Part shown: positions 59,901 to 64,000 of the stretch, piece after piece
Position numbering within the stretch: the stretch's first letter is position 1
Layout of the letters: every line of letters starts with the position of its first letter
DNA from: an uncultured delta proteobacterium
Lineage (GTDB): Bacteria > Desulfobacterota > Binatia > UBA9968
Assembly: GCA_963727625.1 (NCBI GenBank)
Contig: CAVSHR010000007.1
Coordinates: 64,001 to 128,000 of the forward strand
Direction: 5' to 3'
Length of the DNA: 64,000 nt
Notes under the pieces: model-generated
Databases searched by the model: none
Told to the model about the DNA's origin: nothing
Seen by the model: the letters and a program-made list of their open reading frames with translations, nothing else
Translations under genes and position numbers: made by a program

Positions 59901-62900
59901 TGCCGTTCGTGCTTCTCTGGGCGCTGTCACCCGCGGTGGCACAGTGGATCAGCCTGCCGCCCCACGTGGCCGGGGCTCGGCCGCTTTCGGCAGATGATGC
60001 TCGCACGCTTCGGTTAACCGCGCGCCAAACCTGGCGGTTCTTCGAAACCTTTGTCGGTCCGGAAGACCACGCCCTTCCTCCCGACAATTTTCAGGAAGAG
60101 CCGACTCCGGTTGTGGCTCACCGCACCTCGCCCACCAACCTCGGCTTGTATCTCCTCTCCACCATCGCTGCACATGATTTCGGCTGGCTCGGCACCGTGG
60201 CCGCAATCGAGCGGCTCGAAGCGACGCTCGGCACCATGAACGGCCTCGAGCGTTTCCGCGGCCACTTTTATAACTGGTACGACACGCGTGACCTCCGCCC
60301 GCTTGATCCTAAATACATATCCTCGGTCGATAGTGGAAACCTGGCCGGCCACCTCATCGTCCTCGGACAAGCGTGCCAGGAAATCATCGACCGCCCGCTG
60401 CTGGGACCGCATGCGCTTTCGGGGATCGCCGATGCCGTCCTGCTTCTCCACCAATCGGCTCGCGCAATCGCCGATGACCGGCGCACACAAACGGTCACCC
60501 GGAAACACTTGGATGAAGCGCTCGATGCCCTGACCGCCGCTCTCAATCCGGTGCCTGTGACTCCAGGTGGTTGGGTCGTGCGCCTTACCGAGCTTGAGGC
60601 CCGCGCTCATACCCTGGCGGACATTGCACGCACGCTGACTGCGGAACGAGGTGACAGCGCCGATGCAGAGTTGGTCGCTTGGGCGGAGGCCGTGCGCACG
60701 GACATCGCAAGTTTCGCGCGCGATCTCGACATGGCATTTCCCTGGGCGCGGCTTGTCTTTGGGAATGATCCCTCAAGTCGCGCGACGACCGCGGAACAAG
60801 ACTTGGGTTCGACGGCGATCGCACGCTCTTTTCTCTCGTTGCCGACGCTGCGTGACACCCCGGACCGCTGCGCGACCGCTGTACACGAGCTCACCACTCT
60901 GCGCGCGGGCTTGGCGAGCCGACAGCGCCGCACAGAGCAATACCCGGACAGGAATCGATGCGATCATCGAAAGTCTCGCGCGTTCTGCCGCAGCCTCTGG
61001 AGCGCTGGCCCGCCGTCTTGCAATTCTTGTGACGCGCACGAAGACGATATTCGACGCGATGGAGTTTGGCTTTCTCTTCGATCCGACGCGCAAACTCTTC
61101 TCGATCGGATACCGGGTTTCCGACAGCAGCCTGGACCCGGGTTGTTACGATCTGCTGGCCTCTGAGGCGCGACTCACAAGCTTCGTGGCTATTGCCAAGG
61201 GCGATGTCCCGTCGTCCCATTGGTTCCACCTCGGTCGTGCTTTAACACCCGTCGATTGGGGATCCGCGCTCGTCTCATGGTCCGGGTCCATGTTCGAGTA
61301 CCTTATGCCCGCGCTCGTCATGCGCTCGCCGTCGGGGAGCCTGTTAGCGCAGACCTACGATCTCATCGTCCGTCGACAGAGAAAGTATGGAGCCCAGCGC
61401 GGCGTGCCCTGGGGAGTCTCGGAATCGGCCTACAACGCGCGCGATCTGGAGCTCACCTACCAGTATTCGAATTTTGGCGTGCCAGGCCTAGGCCTCAAAC
61501 GCGGGCTGAGTGAAGACGTGGTTGTGGCGCCTTACGCGACCGCGCTGGCGGCGATGTTTGACCCGAAAACGGCGGCAGAGAATTTCACACGTCTTACCGA
61601 GGCCGGCGCGAGCGGCCGTTATGGTTTTTACGAGGCACTCGATTACACCGCGACGCGGGTCCCCGAAAACCAAGCCGTGGCTGTCGTGCGCACCTATATG
61701 GCACATCACCAGGGGATGTCGCTCGTGGCGCTCGCAAACGTCCTCTATGAGGGCGTCATGCGCGCGCGGTTTCACGCCGAGCCGCGCATGCAAGCTGCCG
61801 AGCTGCTGTTGCAGGAACGCACTCCGCGCGACGTCTTGGTCGCCCGGCCCAGGGTCGAGGAAGTCCGGGCGGTCGCCAACGTCCGCGATCTCACTCCGCC
61901 GGTCCTGCGTCGGTTCACCTCCCCACACGATCCGACTCCCGGAACTCACCTCCTCTCCAATGGGCGATACGCGGTGATGGTTACGACGGCGGGTTCCGGA
62001 TTCAGCCGCTGGCGCGACCTTGCCGTCACACGTTGGCGCGAGGACCGCACGCGTGACGGCTGGGGGACGTACTTTTTCCTGCGCGACGGGCACAGCGGCC
62101 AAGTCTGGTCGGCTGCATACCAACCGAGCGGTGTCGAACCGGACAGCTATGAAGTGGTTTTTTCCGAGGACCACGTAGAGATCCGGCGGCGCGATGGCGC
62201 GATCGGGACGACGCTCGAAGTCGTCGTTTCGCCGGAGCACGACGCCGAGGTGCGCCGGGTGTCGATCACCAACCTTGGACCGCGAACCCGGGAAATCGAG
62301 GTAACGTCGTACGCCGAAATCGTACTGGCGCCACCCTTAGCCGACACGGCCCACCCGGCGTTTTCCAATCTGTTCGTGCAGACGGAATTTGCTGCCGAGC
62401 TCGGCGCCCTGCTGGCCACGCGCCGGCCACGGTCACAGGGCGAGCCTCAAGTATGGGCAGCGCACGTGATCGTCGCCGAAGGGGATACGATCGGCAACCT
62501 GCAATGGGAGACCGACCGCGGTCGCTTTCTCGGCCGCGGTCGCGGCATCCGCACGCCGATGTCGGTCATCGACGGCCTCCCGCTCTCCAACACAGTCGGC
62601 GCGGTGCTCGACCCGATCGTCAGTTTCCGGCGCCGCGTTCGCCTTGCTCCGGGCGCTACCGCGCGGGTCACGTTCTCTACAGTCATCGCGCCATCGCGCG
62701 ACGAGGCGCTCGCACTGGCCGACGAGTACAACAATCCGGCGACCTTTGAGCGCACCTCCACGCTGGCATGGACGCAGGCCCAGGTCCAGTTACACCACTT
62801 GGGTATTGATTCCGATGAGGCCTACCTATTTCAGGAGCTCGCCGGCCAGGTTCTATACTCGGACCCTACACTGCGGCCTTCCTCCGCGATCCTCGCACGT

Positions 62901-64000
62901 AATACCCGGGGGGCCTCGGCACTCTGGCGCTACGGCATTTCCGGCGATCTGCCGATTGTTTTGGTCCGAATCGACGATCCCGAGGACCGCGGGATTGTCC
63001 GGCAACTGCTGCGCGCTCACGAATACTGGCGGATGAAGCAACTCGCCGTCGACCTCGTGATTCTGAACGAACAGGCACCGTCCTACGCTCAAGATCTCCA
63101 GGCCTCCTTGGAGGCCCAGGTCCGCACCAGCCAATCTCGCCGGAGAGAGGAGGGGCATGACCCTTACGGTCGCGTCTTCATTCTGCGAGCCGATCTTGTT
63201 TCGACCGAGGATCGCAGCCTGCTCCAGACCGCCGCGCGGGCTGTGCTCTTGAGCCATCGCGGCACCCTGATCGAGCAGGTCGTTCGTCAGCAGCGGTCCG
63301 AGGCCGCCGCGGTTCTACTATCCGGGCGTCTGCCCACAACGAAGCCAGATGTCTTGCCGCCGCGACCCGACCTCGAGTTCTTCAACGGCCTCGGTGGCTT
63401 CGCCGGGGATGGCCGTGAGTACGTGACAATTCTAGGAGAGGGACAGTGGACGCCGGCCCCCTGGATCAACGTGATTGCGAACCCTTCCTTTGGCTTCCAG
63501 GTTTCCGAGTCGGGCTCGGGGTACACCTGGTCGCTCAACAGCCATGAGAACCAGCTCACGCCGTGGTCCAACGATCCGGTGAGCGACCCGGCGGGCGAGG
63601 CGATCTACGTCCGGGACGAAGAGAGCGGCGAGCTGTGGGGCCCGACGGTACTGCCGATCCGCGAGGATGCCTGGCCCTATGTCGCCCGACACGGCCAGGG
63701 TTACAGCCGCTTCGAGCACTCATCGCATGGGGTTTCACTCGAGCTCTTGCAGTTCGTGCCACTCGAGGACTCAATCAAGATTTCCCGCCTTACCATTGAG
63801 AATCACTCGGGACGGTCCAGACATCTCTCGGTGACGGCGTATGTCGAGTGGGTGCTCGGAGCTTCGCGGAGCGCCTCCGTGCCCTTCATTGTCACCGAGA
63901 TCGACATGGAAACCGGAGCACTGCTCGCGCGCAACTATTGGAACAGCGAATTCGGCGGCCGTGTCGCGTTTGCCGATCTCGACGGGCGCCAGACCTCGTG
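56951..64000 (+). CDS. ndvB: Cyclic beta-1,2-glucan synthase (NdvB/Cgs: GT84 plus GH94), frameshift near 60920, runs off the window
   Basis: EWLVDN, GWERKRGKL, ITLDADT, LSHDLFEG, RWARGDWQ, PPDNFQE, RTSPTN, VDSGN. Continues in another frame with YDLLASEARL, SWSGSMFEYLMP, PWINV. Confidence 0.92.

Noticed and set aside
60900-61165. Programmed frameshift or true stop in ndvB (similarly the permease near 38745)
   Set aside because: No slippery site is evident and homology continues in the next frame. A single indel is the simpler explanation.

Overview
The window has three blocks. (1) 1-28470, minus strand: a lipopeptide-type hybrid cluster (FAAL, one-module PKS, stand-alone C domain, two-module NRPS, MbtH, type II thioesterase). 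It is split by an ~11.3 kb co-oriented defence island (SNF2 helicase, RAYT with internal REPs, type III R-M Mod/Res, MNT-HEPN, orphan antitoxins, and an uncharacterised two-gene pair). The island sits where a beta-hydroxylase gene would be expected. (2) ~28900-30700: a scar zone with HTH, signal-peptide, zwf and integrase fragments plus a tmRNA 3'-end att-like site. (3) 30706-64000, plus strand: a sugar-phosphorolysis and energy island (HAD-GH65, phosphoketolase, YbhFSR-like ABC, TPI, PPK2, ManA, HAD-IIB, GH130, a complete N-ATPase operon, an orphan TIR protein, and a cyclic beta-1,2-glucan synthase running off the edge). This block contains many short gene remnants. A small palindromic element sits in frame in both the NRPS and atpG. 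Several genes are frameshifted, and sequencing indels cannot be told from real decay. All family names come from motif recognition by eye; no searches were run.
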